Shown here: one piece after another, positions 27,965-37,459 of the stretch
How positions within the stretch are numbered: position 1 is the first letter of the stretch
Layout: each line of letters opens with the position of its first letter
IMG/VR virus record: IMGVR_UViG_3300021962_000054
Span: 31,796 to 95,795 of that record
Source: a virus
DNA length: 64,000 nt
Direction: 5' to 3' (one strand)
Position numbers and translations under genes: made by a program
The notes under the pieces: model-generated
Databases searched by the model: none
Seen by the model: only the letters and a program-made list of their open reading frames with translations
What the model was told of the DNA's origin: nothing

Positions 27965-28528
27965 ATGTTTACAGTTTATGAAAACTTATTGCCGAAACAC
28001 TTATTCAACGGTTTGCATGACAGACTTTGTAGGGAGCCCGGTTGGAAGTATGATAATGCTTCGGATAAATCTAAAGAAAGTGAAAATAAACTAGTTTTCT
28101 GGCTCAAAGACTTAATGAATGATGAGTTATTTACTAAGGTATTGTTTGAAAAAATTTGTGAGGTAACCGAAACTAAATTTACTTTACTCAGAGTATACGC
28201 TAACGGACAGACATATGGACTGTCCGGCGATCTACACTATGATGATTCAAGGTTGAATGCACATACTTTTTTGTACTATACGAATCCTAAATGGATGGTA
28301 CAGTGGGGCGGCAGCACGATATTCACGGAAATAACAAATCCAATACAAAATAAACTTACAGCAGCTACTCTCAAGGGAGATACCAGTAAGAGTGAAGTAC
28401 AGCAATTTTCGCCTAAACCAAACGCAGGGCTTTTTTATAAAAGTAATATCACACACGCAGGTCTGGAGCCCACAAGACATTGCAAAGAGCTAAGGATTAC
28501 AGTATCATATAAACTTCTTTTAGAATAG
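27965..28528 (+). CDS. 2OG-Fe(II) oxygenase (prolyl-hydroxylase-like)
   Basis: HYD, LYY.N..W...WGG, P.PN, H, R.T. Confidence 0.87.
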   Translation: MFTVYENLLPKHLFNGLHDRLCREPGWKYDNASDKSKESENKLVFWLKDLMNDELFTKVLFEKICEVTETKFTLLRVYANGQTYGLSGDLHYDDSRLNAHTFLYYTNPKWMVQWGGSTIFTEITNPIQNKLTAATLKGDTSKSEVQQFSPKPNAGLFYKSNITHAGLEPTRHCKELRITVSYKLLLE

Positions 28529-28529
28529 T

Positions 28530-28604
28530 GCGGGATTAACTCAGTGGTAGAGTAGCGCCTTTACACGGCGAATGTCGGGAGTTCGACCCTCTCATCCCGC
28601 ACCA
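28530..28604 (+). tRNA. tRNA-Val(TAC)
   Basis: TT-TAC-AC, CCA. Confidence 0.95.
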
Positions 28605-28655
28605 ATTCTCTTGAAATTATATACATTCTGTAGTAACATAATAAACATGAATTAT

Positions 28656-28741
28656 GCCTCGGTGGTGAAATTGGTAGACACAACAGACTTAAAATCTGTC
28701 GGCGATTCGCTGTGCCGGTTCGAGTCCGGCCCGAGGCACCA
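28656..28741 (+). tRNA. tRNA-Leu(TAA)
   Basis: CT-TAA-AA, variable arm. Confidence 0.95.
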
Positions 28742-28760
28742 TATATATAGAATTTGATTT

Positions 28761-29267
28761 ATGAATAGATTTTCTGCCAATCATCAATTACAAGAAAGTA
28801 GAACGTTAGCAAAACATTATGTATTTCATATGCCTGACTTGCCTGATTTGTCGTGGGACGAGGTAGTGTCTTGCATGAATTATAATGTCAAAGAAAAAAT
28901 TCCACATAAAACACAAGAAAATTTGGGACTAGTTTTACATAGTTGTTCTAACTTACCAAAAATTTTAGATGTACTTGACGAGTTCGCTATCTTGCAACCT
29001 GAAAAAAATCCTACAGCACATTTGTATATTTCTTTTTCTGAAAAATCAAAAACTTTTGGCTGGCATAAAGATTTTACTGAAGTTATATTTTGGCAAGCAA
29101 TAGGGACTACACTGTTTAGCGTAAAACAGGATGATACTGTTTTCAAGTACGAACTTCACCCAAATGATGTCATATACATACCTAAAGGAATGTGGCATAG
29201 CACGGAACCTCTAACTTCTAGAGTTGGAGTAAGTATGGGGTTTGATAAAGTATATAAGGGCCTATAG
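28761..29267 (+). CDS. JmjC/cupin oxygenase (ribosomal oxygenase YcfD-like core)
   Basis: HLYIS, FGWHKD, WQ..G, L.P.D.IYIPKG.WH. Confidence 0.8.
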   Translation: MNRFSANHQLQESRTLAKHYVFHMPDLPDLSWDEVVSCMNYNVKEKIPHKTQENLGLVLHSCSNLPKILDVLDEFAILQPEKNPTAHLYISFSEKSKTFGWHKDFTEVIFWQAIGTTLFSVKQDDTVFKYELHPNDVIYIPKGMWHSTEPLTSRVGVSMGFDKVYKGL

Positions 29268-29333
29268 CATAACGGTTAATGCAGCGGACTCATAATCCGT
29301 TGAGTCTAGGTTCAAATCCTAGTGGGCCCACCA
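29258..29333 (+). tRNA. tRNA(CAT), probably Ile2 (lysidine type)
   Basis: GGGCCTA acceptor, CT-CAT-AA; third CAT tRNA in the array; overlaps the JmjC stop. Confidence 0.8.
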
Positions 29334-29416
29334 TTTTTTTATATCTATCTATAATACACCCTATTTCCACCGTAAATACTACTGAGGAAACTTACCAATC
29401 CTCTGGAGGAAATAAA

Positions 29417-29647
29417 ATGGATAAAGTATTTGAACACGTAAGCGGCTTTCTAGGCCATTTAATGGATCTAGGAGTCAAATTACTAGCAGTAGGAGTACTA
29501 TTCCAGATCCTATTCGGTGCAGCAGTACCGTTCTTGGGTCTTGATGTAGTCGGAGCAATCACAAACTTTGTGGGTGCTTTAGGTGAAAAAGGCCTAGTAG
29601 GCTTGGTAGCACTATGGGTATTGTTCTGGGCTTGGAATAAGAAGTAA
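29417..29647 (+). CDS. small membrane protein
   Basis: GGAGG RBS; two hydrophobic helices. Confidence 0.75.
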   Translation: MDKVFEHVSGFLGHLMDLGVKLLAVGVLFQILFGAAVPFLGLDVVGAITNFVGALGEKGLVGLVALWVLFWAWNKK

Positions 29648-29671
29648 GAACGATCTCATTGATGACAATGG

Positions 29672-29700
29672 ACCCGCTTGAGCAATCAAGCGGGTTTTTT
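29672..29700 (+). terminator. intrinsic terminator
   Basis: ACCCGCTTGA-gcaa-TCAAGCGGGT-TTTTT. Confidence 0.9.
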
Positions 29701-29738
29701 ATTATAGATAGAAAACTAAGTAAATAACTAGATTACAC

Positions 29739-29828
29739 GGAGAGGTGGCAGAGCGGTTGATTGCAACAGTCTTGAAAACTGTCGAACGTGAAAGCGTTCC
29801 GTGAGTTCGAATCTCACCCCCTCCGCCA
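29739..29828 (+). tRNA. tRNA-Ser(TGA)
   Basis: CT-TGA-AA, long variable arm, G73. Confidence 0.95.
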
Positions 29829-29855
29829 AATCTATTAATAGGGAATATTGTATCA

Positions 29856-30407
29856 ATGATTTGTGAATCTACGCCATTATCTAATTTTATAAAAAAATTT
29901 GATAAAGTTATACCAGACAAATTGTGCGATACAATAATAAATGATTCCTATGAATACTATAAGCACCACTGGTATACAAACATCAATGGTGCAGTACCGG
30001 GTGATAATAAAGATTTTGATCGATCATCTGTCAAAACAAAACACTATCTATTTTTGAAACCGATTCTGGATAAATGTATAGAAAAAGGACCTTTTTCAGA
30101 TCATTTCAGTTTGATTGGGGAAAGTGAGGTACTTCTAAATCGATATAATGTCAGTACTAGAATGAGACCGCATTTCGATCACATAAATTCGTTGTTCGAC
30201 GGACAAAAAAAAGGTATTCCAGTCTTGAGCATTGTTGGATTGTTAAATGATGATTTTGAGGGAGGAGATTTTCTTTTTTTTGAAAATTATAATATTTCTT
30301 TACAAAAAGGAGATATTGTAATTTTTCCCTCAAATTTTCTTTTCCCTCATGGGGTTTCTGATATTACCAATGGAACAAGATATAGCATAGTGCAATGGAG
30401 ATGGTAA
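29856..30407 (+). CDS. 2OG-Fe(II) oxygenase (P4Hc-like)
   Basis: HFD, LNDDFEGG, GD..IFPSNF.FPH.V, G.RYS. Confidence 0.9.
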   Translation: MICESTPLSNFIKKFDKVIPDKLCDTIINDSYEYYKHHWYTNINGAVPGDNKDFDRSSVKTKHYLFLKPILDKCIEKGPFSDHFSLIGESEVLLNRYNVSTRMRPHFDHINSLFDGQKKGIPVLSIVGLLNDDFEGGDFLFFENYNISLQKGDIVIFPSNFLFPHGVSDITNGTRYSIVQWRW

Positions 30408-30458
30408 ATAAATTATCATGTTATACTACTATAGTCTTGCTACCGTGCTAATCTATTT

Positions 30459-31052
30459 ATGAAAGAGTGTGAAAATTTTCTTCCTCTTTTTTATCAAAAA
30501 AGGCTACAAGGTTTGTTTGGATCAAATATTTTTCCCTGGCTTTATTACAAAAATGTAAGCGGTCTCGACGCAGCAGAGATGGCTAGCTTGTGTAAAGAAG
30601 ATTCCAACATTAGAGAGGGATATGGTTTTCAACACTTGATTTATGGAGAAAATCAAAAATATGATAAACGACTATATGAAAATTTAAATTTTATAGAATT
30701 ATTTTCTAAAGCAATAAAGTCAAAATTCTCTGTTGAAGTCAATCAAATACTTAGAATTATGGTTGGACTTACTTTGCCTGATATAACTTATAAACCTACT
30801 CAATACTTTTGTCCGCATGTCGACAGGGTTACTACACACCAGACAGTTATATACAATATCAATACACATGATGCTGGCACTAGGATATTCAAAGAAAAAT
30901 TTGATGGAAAACCTAATCTCGACAAGAAAACACACATTCATACCGCTATTAGTAAACAGGGTAGTGCAATATTATTTGATGGGTTGACATATCATGCAGG
31001 CGCCATACCAAATATGTTCGATAAACTAATAATCAACATCAATTTTGTATGA
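30459..31052 (+). CDS. 2OG-Fe(II) oxygenase (paralog of 27155-27733)
   Basis: PHVD, KQG.A.LFDG..YHAG, ININF. Confidence 0.85.
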   Translation: MKECENFLPLFYQKRLQGLFGSNIFPWLYYKNVSGLDAAEMASLCKEDSNIREGYGFQHLIYGENQKYDKRLYENLNFIELFSKAIKSKFSVEVNQILRIMVGLTLPDITYKPTQYFCPHVDRVTTHQTVIYNINTHDAGTRIFKEKFDGKPNLDKKTHIHTAISKQGSAILFDGLTYHAGAIPNMFDKLIININFV

Positions 31053-31861
31053 GCGATCTACTACATCTCAATACTAATTACTACGTGAACCCTAACGGGC
31101 TGGCATTTGATTTTAGAGATAATAGTGAAATAACTTTGATAAAATTTTTAGGCTATGAAGTAAAACAAAAACCTATCGAACATTTGTTAAGATTTTGGAA
31201 AACTCTGTCACGAAAGTTAGCTGGTTCTGATTGCAACATAGTTATAGTAACAGATAGAGGTAATAATAGACATTATATCGCCAATTATTTTGGCATAGAA
31301 AATGTTTGTAACAATGTTTGGGAGTTATCGAAATTACTAAACGACAAAATCTACCTAAATAGTAAAACAAAACGATGTATCGTGTTCGCAGATTGCGGTG
31401 GCACTATCCCCGCTATTTTGAGTTCTACCATAGTAAAATATCATAGCATAAATGTGACTACTCCCTATCTGACAATAGTCGGTTCAGAAAATGAGTTCGA
31501 TACTAATCAATATACATTGTGGTATTCTAGGGAGTTGTGTGTTGAAATATATCACGATGCACAGGAATTTAGGGATTATTACGATACTTTACAATATTAT
31601 GATCGTTATACACAAGAACCAGACAGTTTATTGAATATGCATTGGGCATCTAATGTAAAAGGAACGGACCTATATTTCAGAAACAGGGCAAATCAATTAC
31701 CAAAAAGATCAAATATCACAATCACAGATCATGTTTTACCGGCGCATATAGAAGGCCACAATCTAACAAAGTATCTATGGGCAAATAAGCAATATCAAGG
31801 GCTTCTAAAACAACAGTTATTGATACAAAAAGGATATCTAGATACTGTCACAAAACTGTAA
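31049..31861 (+). CDS. hypothetical protein
   Basis: 270-aa ORF; ADCGG may be an alpha/beta-hydrolase-like elbow. Confidence 0.65.
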   Translation: MSDLLHLNTNYYVNPNGLAFDFRDNSEITLIKFLGYEVKQKPIEHLLRFWKTLSRKLAGSDCNIVIVTDRGNNRHYIANYFGIENVCNNVWELSKLLNDKIYLNSKTKRCIVFADCGGTIPAILSSTIVKYHSINVTTPYLTIVGSENEFDTNQYTLWYSRELCVEIYHDAQEFRDYYDTLQYYDRYTQEPDSLLNMHWASNVKGTDLYFRNRANQLPKRSNITITDHVLPAHIEGHNLTKYLWANKQYQGLLKQQLLIQKGYLDTVTKL

Positions 31862-31862
31862 C
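31845..31862 (+). promoter_or_regulatory. Pho box (PhoB site)
   Basis: CTGTCAC-AAAA-CTGTAAC versus consensus CTGTCAT-AWAW-CTGTMAY; TAAATA at 31885. Confidence 0.75.
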
Positions 31863-31965
31863 TGTTTTACACACCATGTGCCTCTAAATACCGTTGCCCG
31901 TAAGTTTTATTTGGGTCATCGTGATCCATGTAAATAATCTCGTATAAAAACAAAGGAGACTATAA

Positions 31966-34900
31966 ATGAGTCAATTATCTGGTAAGATTTGGAGCAGGCT
32001 AACAGTTAGTTTAGCTGTCGCTTCAATAGCTCTAGTGTCACTCATGGGTAATCCCGTGAATGCGCAAGAGACGGCTGCCAGTGCTGCAGGTGTTGTTCAA
32101 TCTGAACAGGGTGCAGCTAGCGGCCTATCAGTTGAAGTGCTACACGTTCCATCAGGAACAGTCAGCAAATCAACTACTGATGCAAACGGTAGATATGTTC
32201 TACGCGGTTTGCGTGTAGGTGGTCCTTATAAGGTCACTGTCAAAGGTGAAGGGTACAAAACTGTAGTATTAGAAAATCAGTTTTTAGCCCTCGGAGATAA
32301 CGGTAACTTGAACCTCGTTACAGAATCAAGTGATCTAGCAGAAGTAGTAGTGTTAGCCGGTCGTGCTGATCTAGTATTTGATAGTTCACGCACTGGTACA
32401 GGTACTACAGTTAGCAACGAACAGATCGTAGCACTCCCAACAATCAGTCGTAATATTCAGGATCTCGTAAGAACAGATCCTCGTATCGCTCAGACTGATA
32501 AAGAGCGTGGTGAAATTTCAGCAGGTGGACAAAACACTCGCTTCAACAACATTCGTATTGACGGTGTCAGCACCAACGATGCGTTTGGTCTTGAAGCAAA
32601 CAATCTACCAACTGATCGTCAACCAATTCCGTTGGATGCAATCGAATCAATCAATATCGCATTGACAGATTTCGACGTTGCTCGTTCGTCATTCACTGGC
32701 GCAAGCATCGACGCAATCACTAAGTCAGGTACAAACAAGTGGAGGGGAACTTCATACTTCCTCACACGCGATGCTGACTGGGTCGGAAAGCGCAATGGTC
32801 AAAAGTTCAACGGTTTCGATAAAGAAGAAACAGTTGGCTTGACTATCGGCGGTCCAATCATTGAAGACAAGTTGTTCGTCTTTGCTTCTTATGAGAAGTT
32901 TGAACGCGCAGCATTGGCTCCAACATTTGGTCCAACTGGTTCTGATAGCGCACAGATCGTAACAGGTATTTCACAAGCACAACTTGATGAAGCCGCAGCA
33001 ATCGCTAAAGATGTATGGGGTTTCGACGCTGGTTCATTCAATCCTCCCGGTGCTCTAAACACTGAGATTGAAGATATCATGGTCAAGTTTGACTGGAACA
33101 TCAATGACAGTCATCGTGCTGCTCTACGTGTCAATCGCACAGAGCAAAGCGATCCATACTTACGTAATATCGGACCACGTGATCTTTCATTGAGTGGTTA
33201 CTGGCACATCAATAACAAGAAGTTTGAAAGTGCGGTTGCTCATTTGTATAGCAACTGGACAGACAATCTTTCAACTGAGATGTCAGTCAGTGTCGCCAAT
33301 CAAAGTTCACTTTGGGATATCGGCGATCCTCGTCCAACAGTTCGCATCTGCTTGAACAGTTCATCCTGTTCTGGTGCTGATAGCATTTGGTTGGGTAGCG
33401 AGAGATTCCGTCATGTGAACATTCTTGAAACTGAAACATTGAACGCATTCGCAGCAGCAACTTATGTTGTTGGTGATCATGCTATCAAGTTCGGTGCTGA
33501 ATACGAAACAAGAGATATCTTCAATCTCTTCGGACGTGATCAGTTTGGTTACTATGAGTTCTATGGCTTGAATAACTTCCGTTCAGGTACACCAGCAGTT
33601 TACAACCTTTTCTATCCAGTCAATGGTGATGTAAACAGCCGTGCTGCTGCTTGGACATTAGAGAATGCTGCCGTGTTCTTACAGGATACTTGGACAATCA
33701 GCCCAACGTTGAATGTCACAGCAGGTGTTCGTGTTGATATGCCAATCGTGGGAGATACTCCTCCATACAATGCTGTTGCCAGTGACTTCTTTGGTCTACG
33801 CAACGACAGCACTCCAGATGGTAACTATCTCATTCAACCACGTGTTGGATTCAACTGGCAACCAGAATGGTCTGATCGTAAGACACAGGTTCGTGGTGGC
33901 GTTGGCTTGTTCCAAGGTATCGCCGCTAACGTGTGGTTGAGCAATCCATTCAGCAACAATAACGTGACTCAGGGAGCAATCTTTGATAATCGTGCTGCTC
34001 AGAATGGCATCGTGTTCAGTCCAGATCCAAACAATCAGCCAGGAGTTCGTCCACCACCAGGACTTGGTGGTAACGTTGACTTCTTGAGTCCAGACCTACA
34101 ACTCCCAGCAGCATATAAAGTTTCTTTCGCTGTTGATCATGAGTTGCCATGGTACGGATTGGTTGCAAGTTTTGAGACTGTTCTAACTGAAGTCGATGAA
34201 GGCATTCGCTATGTGAAGCCAAACTTAGGCGCACCAACAGGAGTTGCTCCAGATGGTCGTCCATTGTATTGGTCAACTGTGAATCCTGCTACCTTCACTG
34301 GTTCAAGTTCACAGCGTACAGCCAACACAAATCGTGACTTTGGTGTAGATTCAACGATTGCTCTACCAACATCGAAAGGTGATGGTAAGCAGTTCACTGT
34401 TTCATTACAAGGTCCTCAGAATGAGAACTGGTACTGGAACGTTGGATACACCTACACTGAAGCAACTGAAGTCAATACATTGACATCTTCACAAGCCGCA
34501 TCAAATTGGAACAACGCAGTTCGTGTTGATACCAACGCCGATGTTGCCGAGAAGTCAGTGTATGCCATCAAAGATCGTTTCACGGCAACTGTAAGTTATC
34601 GTAAGAAGTTCTTTGCTGACTTAGTAAGCTCAGTTGGTGTGTTCTATGAAGGTCGCATTGGTCGCCCATACACTTTCACTTTCGTCAATGACGCAAACGG
34701 CGATGGTCGTGTAAACGATCCATTCTTTGTGCCAAACAGAGGTGATGTTGTATTCAAGGGCGGTGCTGCTATGGAGCAAGCATTCTTTGATTATCTTGCT
34801 TCAAACGGTGAACTCGCTAAGTATCAAGGTGGTATTGCTGAAGTAAACAACAACAATGCTCCTTGGGTTCATAACGTTGACATTCGCCTCTCACAAGAAT

Positions 34901-35157
34901 TGCCAGTCTTTGGTGATGTGAAGGGTGAAGTATGGCTCGACATCATGAACGTTGGCAACATGATCAATAAGGATTGGGGTGTGATTGAAGAAGTCGGATT
35001 CCCAGGTGCCTTTGGTGTTGCTCGTTTCGCTGGTGTTGACGCTTCAGGAAAGTATGTCTACGATTTCCGTGCTTCGGATCTACGTGACTTGACTCTCCGC
35101 GACAACCGTGGTGAATCACGCTGGGCGATGCAGCTCGGTGTCAAGTTCAAGTTCTAA
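31966..35157 (+). CDS. TonB-dependent receptor (Oar-like, N-terminal carboxypeptidase-regulatory-like domain)
   Basis: Signal peptide, TDANGRY..GLRVGGPY, plug motif IDGV...DAIESI, amphipathic beta strands, terminal Phe. Confidence 0.93.
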   Translation: MSQLSGKIWSRLTVSLAVASIALVSLMGNPVNAQETAASAAGVVQSEQGAASGLSVEVLHVPSGTVSKSTTDANGRYVLRGLRVGGPYKVTVKGEGYKTVVLENQFLALGDNGNLNLVTESSDLAEVVVLAGRADLVFDSSRTGTGTTVSNEQIVALPTISRNIQDLVRTDPRIAQTDKERGEISAGGQNTRFNNIRIDGVSTNDAFGLEANNLPTDRQPIPLDAIESINIALTDFDVARSSFTGASIDAITKSGTNKWRGTSYFLTRDADWVGKRNGQKFNGFDKEETVGLTIGGPIIEDKLFVFASYEKFERAALAPTFGPTGSDSAQIVTGISQAQLDEAAAIAKDVWGFDAGSFNPPGALNTEIEDIMVKFDWNINDSHRAALRVNRTEQSDPYLRNIGPRDLSLSGYWHINNKKFESAVAHLYSNWTDNLSTEMSVSVANQSSLWDIGDPRPTVRICLNSSSCSGADSIWLGSERFRHVNILETETLNAFAAATYVVGDHAIKFGAEYETRDIFNLFGRDQFGYYEFYGLNNFRSGTPAVYNLFYPVNGDVNSRAAAWTLENAAVFLQDTWTISPTLNVTAGVRVDMPIVGDTPPYNAVASDFFGLRNDSTPDGNYLIQPRVGFNWQPEWSDRKTQVRGGVGLFQGIAANVWLSNPFSNNNVTQGAIFDNRAAQNGIVFSPDPNNQPGVRPPPGLGGNVDFLSPDLQLPAAYKVSFAVDHELPWYGLVASFETVLTEVDEGIRYVKPNLGAPTGVAPDGRPLYWSTVNPATFTGSSSQRTANTNRDFGVDSTIALPTSKGDGKQFTVSLQGPQNENWYWNVGYTYTEATEVNTLTSSQAASNWNNAVRVDTNADVAEKSVYAIKDRFTATVSYRKKFFADLVSSVGVFYEGRIGRPYTFTFVNDANGDGRVNDPFFVPNRGDVVFKGGAAMEQAFFDYLASNGELAKYQGGIAEVNNNNAPWVHNVDIRLSQELPVFGDVKGEVWLDIMNVGNMINKDWGVIEEVGFPGAFGVARFAGVDASGKYVYDFRASDLRDLTLRDNRGESRWAMQLGVKFKF

Positions 35158-35178
35158 TGAATTTGAAATATGACAACA

Positions 35179-35209
35179 AGAAGGGGAGCAAAAACTCCCC
35201 TTCTTTTTT
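35179..35209 (+). terminator. intrinsic terminator
   Basis: AGAAGGGGAG/CTCCCCTTCT followed by Ts. Confidence 0.85.
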
Positions 35210-35385
35210 GGATATAGAAAGTCCGTTATGGCTACTATTGTATTGTCTAATATCATGCACTATTGGTATAGGCTTGATATTGACTATGTTATTTTTTGTG
35301 TCAAACTTTGCGTAAAATATACAACTATATTCATTCAGTAATATAGTATTACATTATTGTTACATTCAACTAGGTAAATATTCTT

Positions 35386-35481
35386 ATGTCCCGAGAGGTT
35401 CATATCTAACATTCCTATAGGTCTTTGACTTATGTGTATGTTATTTGGATCGAACGGGACATCATGCCATTTATTTGGCAT
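35386..35481 (+). promoter_or_regulatory. structured 5' leader of the porin gene
   Basis: ATGTCCCG/CGGGACAT long hairpin plus ATGCCA/TGGCAT, between TAAATA (35375) and the RBS. Confidence 0.55.
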
Positions 35482-35503
35482 AACAACAAGGAGATAAAAT
35501 TAT

Positions 35504-36481
35504 ATGCGTAAAGCATTTTTGACATTAGTTATGTTAGGATCACTTTCTGCAACTGCTATTGCTGGTGAACTAAATCTAAATGGTGGCATCGGCTATCGTT
35601 TTGACAGTGTAGAACTAGCAGCAGGACCAAAATCAGAAAAAGATCGTCTTGGAGCAGAGTTGGTATTATCAAACAAGGTCAACGACAAGATCAATGCTGT
35701 CGTAGGTCTACGTACTGGTAGTTTCAACAGCCAATACGATGATATGGGTCCAGGTGGTCAGTTGAAGGATGTGAATCTACACCTAGCATATGTTGAATAC
35801 GCTGCTATGGATAATGTCAAGGTAACACTTGGCAAGATGCATCAACCTTGGGCAAGTTCACCAAGTCTATTTTTTGACCGTGACGTAAAGCCAGAAGGCG
35901 TGGCAGTAAGTTGGAAGAGTGAATCAGGATTGTTTGCTAATGCTTCAAGTCTAAAACTTGTAGAAGGCGGCATCAACGATGATTCTAAGGTACAGAGCCT
36001 ACAAGTCGGCTTGCATAAGAATCTAGCAGGACTTCACTTCAAGGGCGCAGTAGCACTACATGATCATAAGATCAAGCACGTTGCTATCGGCGGCATCAGT
36101 GATGCTAAATTACAGCAAGCATTTGCTTCAGTAGGAACAAAATTCGCTGGTAAGCCAGTAGTATTGTTCGCAGACTACATGAAGAACGACAAGGCAAGTG
36201 CAGAGGACACAGCCCTAGCATATGGTATCAAGTTTGGACATGCTAAGAAACCACAAGAGTGGGATCTAAGCGTATTCCATCAAGATGTAGAAGCCAATGC
36301 TCAGTTTGGTTTGTGGAATGATTCTGACTTTGCTCTATCACAAGGTGGTCACAAAGGCTATGGTCTAGTCGGTGGCTATGTTGTAGCAGACGGTTGGAAA
36401 GTAAACGCCAAGTATTTCGATGTTGAAATCGGAAATGCTGATGTAAAGCGTCTACAACTAGACTTGAATTACATGTTCTAA
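35504..36481 (+). CDS. outer-membrane beta-barrel porin (putative porin family)
   Basis: Signal peptide; LAYVEY..., TLGKM, FDRDVKPEG; terminal RLQLDLNYMF. Confidence 0.85.
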   Translation: MRKAFLTLVMLGSLSATAIAGELNLNGGIGYRFDSVELAAGPKSEKDRLGAELVLSNKVNDKINAVVGLRTGSFNSQYDDMGPGGQLKDVNLHLAYVEYAAMDNVKVTLGKMHQPWASSPSLFFDRDVKPEGVAVSWKSESGLFANASSLKLVEGGINDDSKVQSLQVGLHKNLAGLHFKGAVALHDHKIKHVAIGGISDAKLQQAFASVGTKFAGKPVVLFADYMKNDKASAEDTALAYGIKFGHAKKPQEWDLSVFHQDVEANAQFGLWNDSDFALSQGGHKGYGLVGGYVVADGWKVNAKYFDVEIGNADVKRLQLDLNYMF

Positions 36482-36589
36482 TTTAGAACTAACATTTCAG
36501 TCAGGAACAGGGGAGATAGAAATATCTCCTCTTTTCTTTTGTAAAAAAAATATGATTATAAATATTATTGTTACAACAGGAGATTTTCA

Positions 36590-36727
36590 GTGGCTATTGG
36601 TTCAACAACATCAAAAAGACAAACAGTGATCAAGCGTACAAGCCAGGGCGGAGCTAATCCAAAGACTAGTGCTATGAACAAAGATCGCAAACGTACTTAC
36701 AAGAAATATCGTGGACAAGGAAAATGA
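36590..36727 (+). CDS. small basic T4-like phage protein (KKYRGQG family)
   Basis: Read manually; TATAAATA plus AGGAG; KRTSQG...KKYRGQGK. Confidence 0.8.
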   Translation: MAIGSTTSKRQTVIKRTSQGGANPKTSAMNKDRKRTYKKYRGQGK

Positions 36728-36864
36728 GCGGTAAAGGAAGTAAGCCTAGACCTTTCAGTGTAGATCGAAAAATATATGAAAGTAACTGGGACAAGATATT
36801 CGGTAAAAATAGCAATAAAAAAGTTATTGAAAAAAATAAGAAGAAACAAAAGATAGATATATAA
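36724..36864 (+). CDS. small basic phage protein (GKGSKPRP family)
   Basis: Read manually; ATGA coupling; MSGKGSKPRPFSV...NWDKIF. Confidence 0.75.
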   Translation: MSGKGSKPRPFSVDRKIYESNWDKIFGKNSNKKVIEKNKKKQKIDI

Positions 36865-36873
36865 TAATACACT

Positions 36874-36949
36874 GCGGGTGTAGCTCAGTTGGTAGAGCAT
36901 TACCTTGCCAAGGTAAATGTCGGGCGTTCGAGCCGCCTCACCCGCTCCA
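36874..36949 (+). tRNA. tRNA-Gly(GCC)
   Basis: TT-GCC-AA, U73, CCA. Confidence 0.95.
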
Positions 36950-36967
36950 TTATAAACTAAATACTAC

Positions 36968-37459
36968 ATGCTTTACATTTCTTATCGTGGTATTTACGAC
37001 GGCACCAATTATGAAGACGCTAACACTCCTAGCCAGTTAGGCAAAGCTATGGGCATGGGCTTTTCATGCATGATCGATATATGGAAAGTGGACGACAAGT
37101 TCTATCTAGGTAATGATCAACCATTGACTGAAGTCACAGAGAAATACATACAGGGCAATCGTTGGTGGATCAATGCTAGAAACACTGCAATGCAAAATTG
37201 GTTACCTACACAGAATCAGAAACTATATCCTAACTGGTTCTACTTCACTACTCCTACTCCTCCTCCGCCATATGTCACAGCAAGTAACGGTAAATTGATC
37301 ACGCCGGGCACCGTGCCTGTCAACAATGATAGCGTTATCTTTTTACCTGAGATTGATGATAAGGGATTGTTTAGCACAGTGCATCTACGCAATTATGGAG
37401 TAATCAGCACTTATCTAACGTTTATAAGACGCATTAGGCAAGAGGGTGCTAGGTACTAG
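36968..37459 (+). CDS. glycerophosphodiesterase/PLC-like protein (catalytic His apparently substituted)
   Basis: ISYRG..ANTP..GF..MIDIW..YLGND resembles ISHRG..ENT..EIDVW..LGHD. Confidence 0.55.
   Translation: MLYISYRGIYDGTNYEDANTPSQLGKAMGMGFSCMIDIWKVDDKFYLGNDQPLTEVTEKYIQGNRWWINARNTAMQNWLPTQNQKLYPNWFYFTTPTPPPPYVTASNGKLITPGTVPVNNDSVIFLPEIDDKGLFSTVHLRNYGVISTYLTFIRRIRQEGARY

Noticed and set aside
15325-29920. Track ORFs overlapping tRNAs (15325, 15469, 18094, 18548, 18916, 20641, 28572, 29702; 5' extensions of 22363, 23365 and 29279)
   Set aside because: Explained by tRNA or ncRNA sequence; true starts reassigned where a real CDS exists
35208-35315. 35-aa hydrophobic ORF (TTG start) between the receptor and porin genes
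   Set aside because: Starts inside the terminator T-run with no RBS
36590-36864. Ribosomal proteins
   Set aside because: Small and basic, but the motifs match common T4-like phage hypothetical peptides rather than a ribosomal protein I recognise
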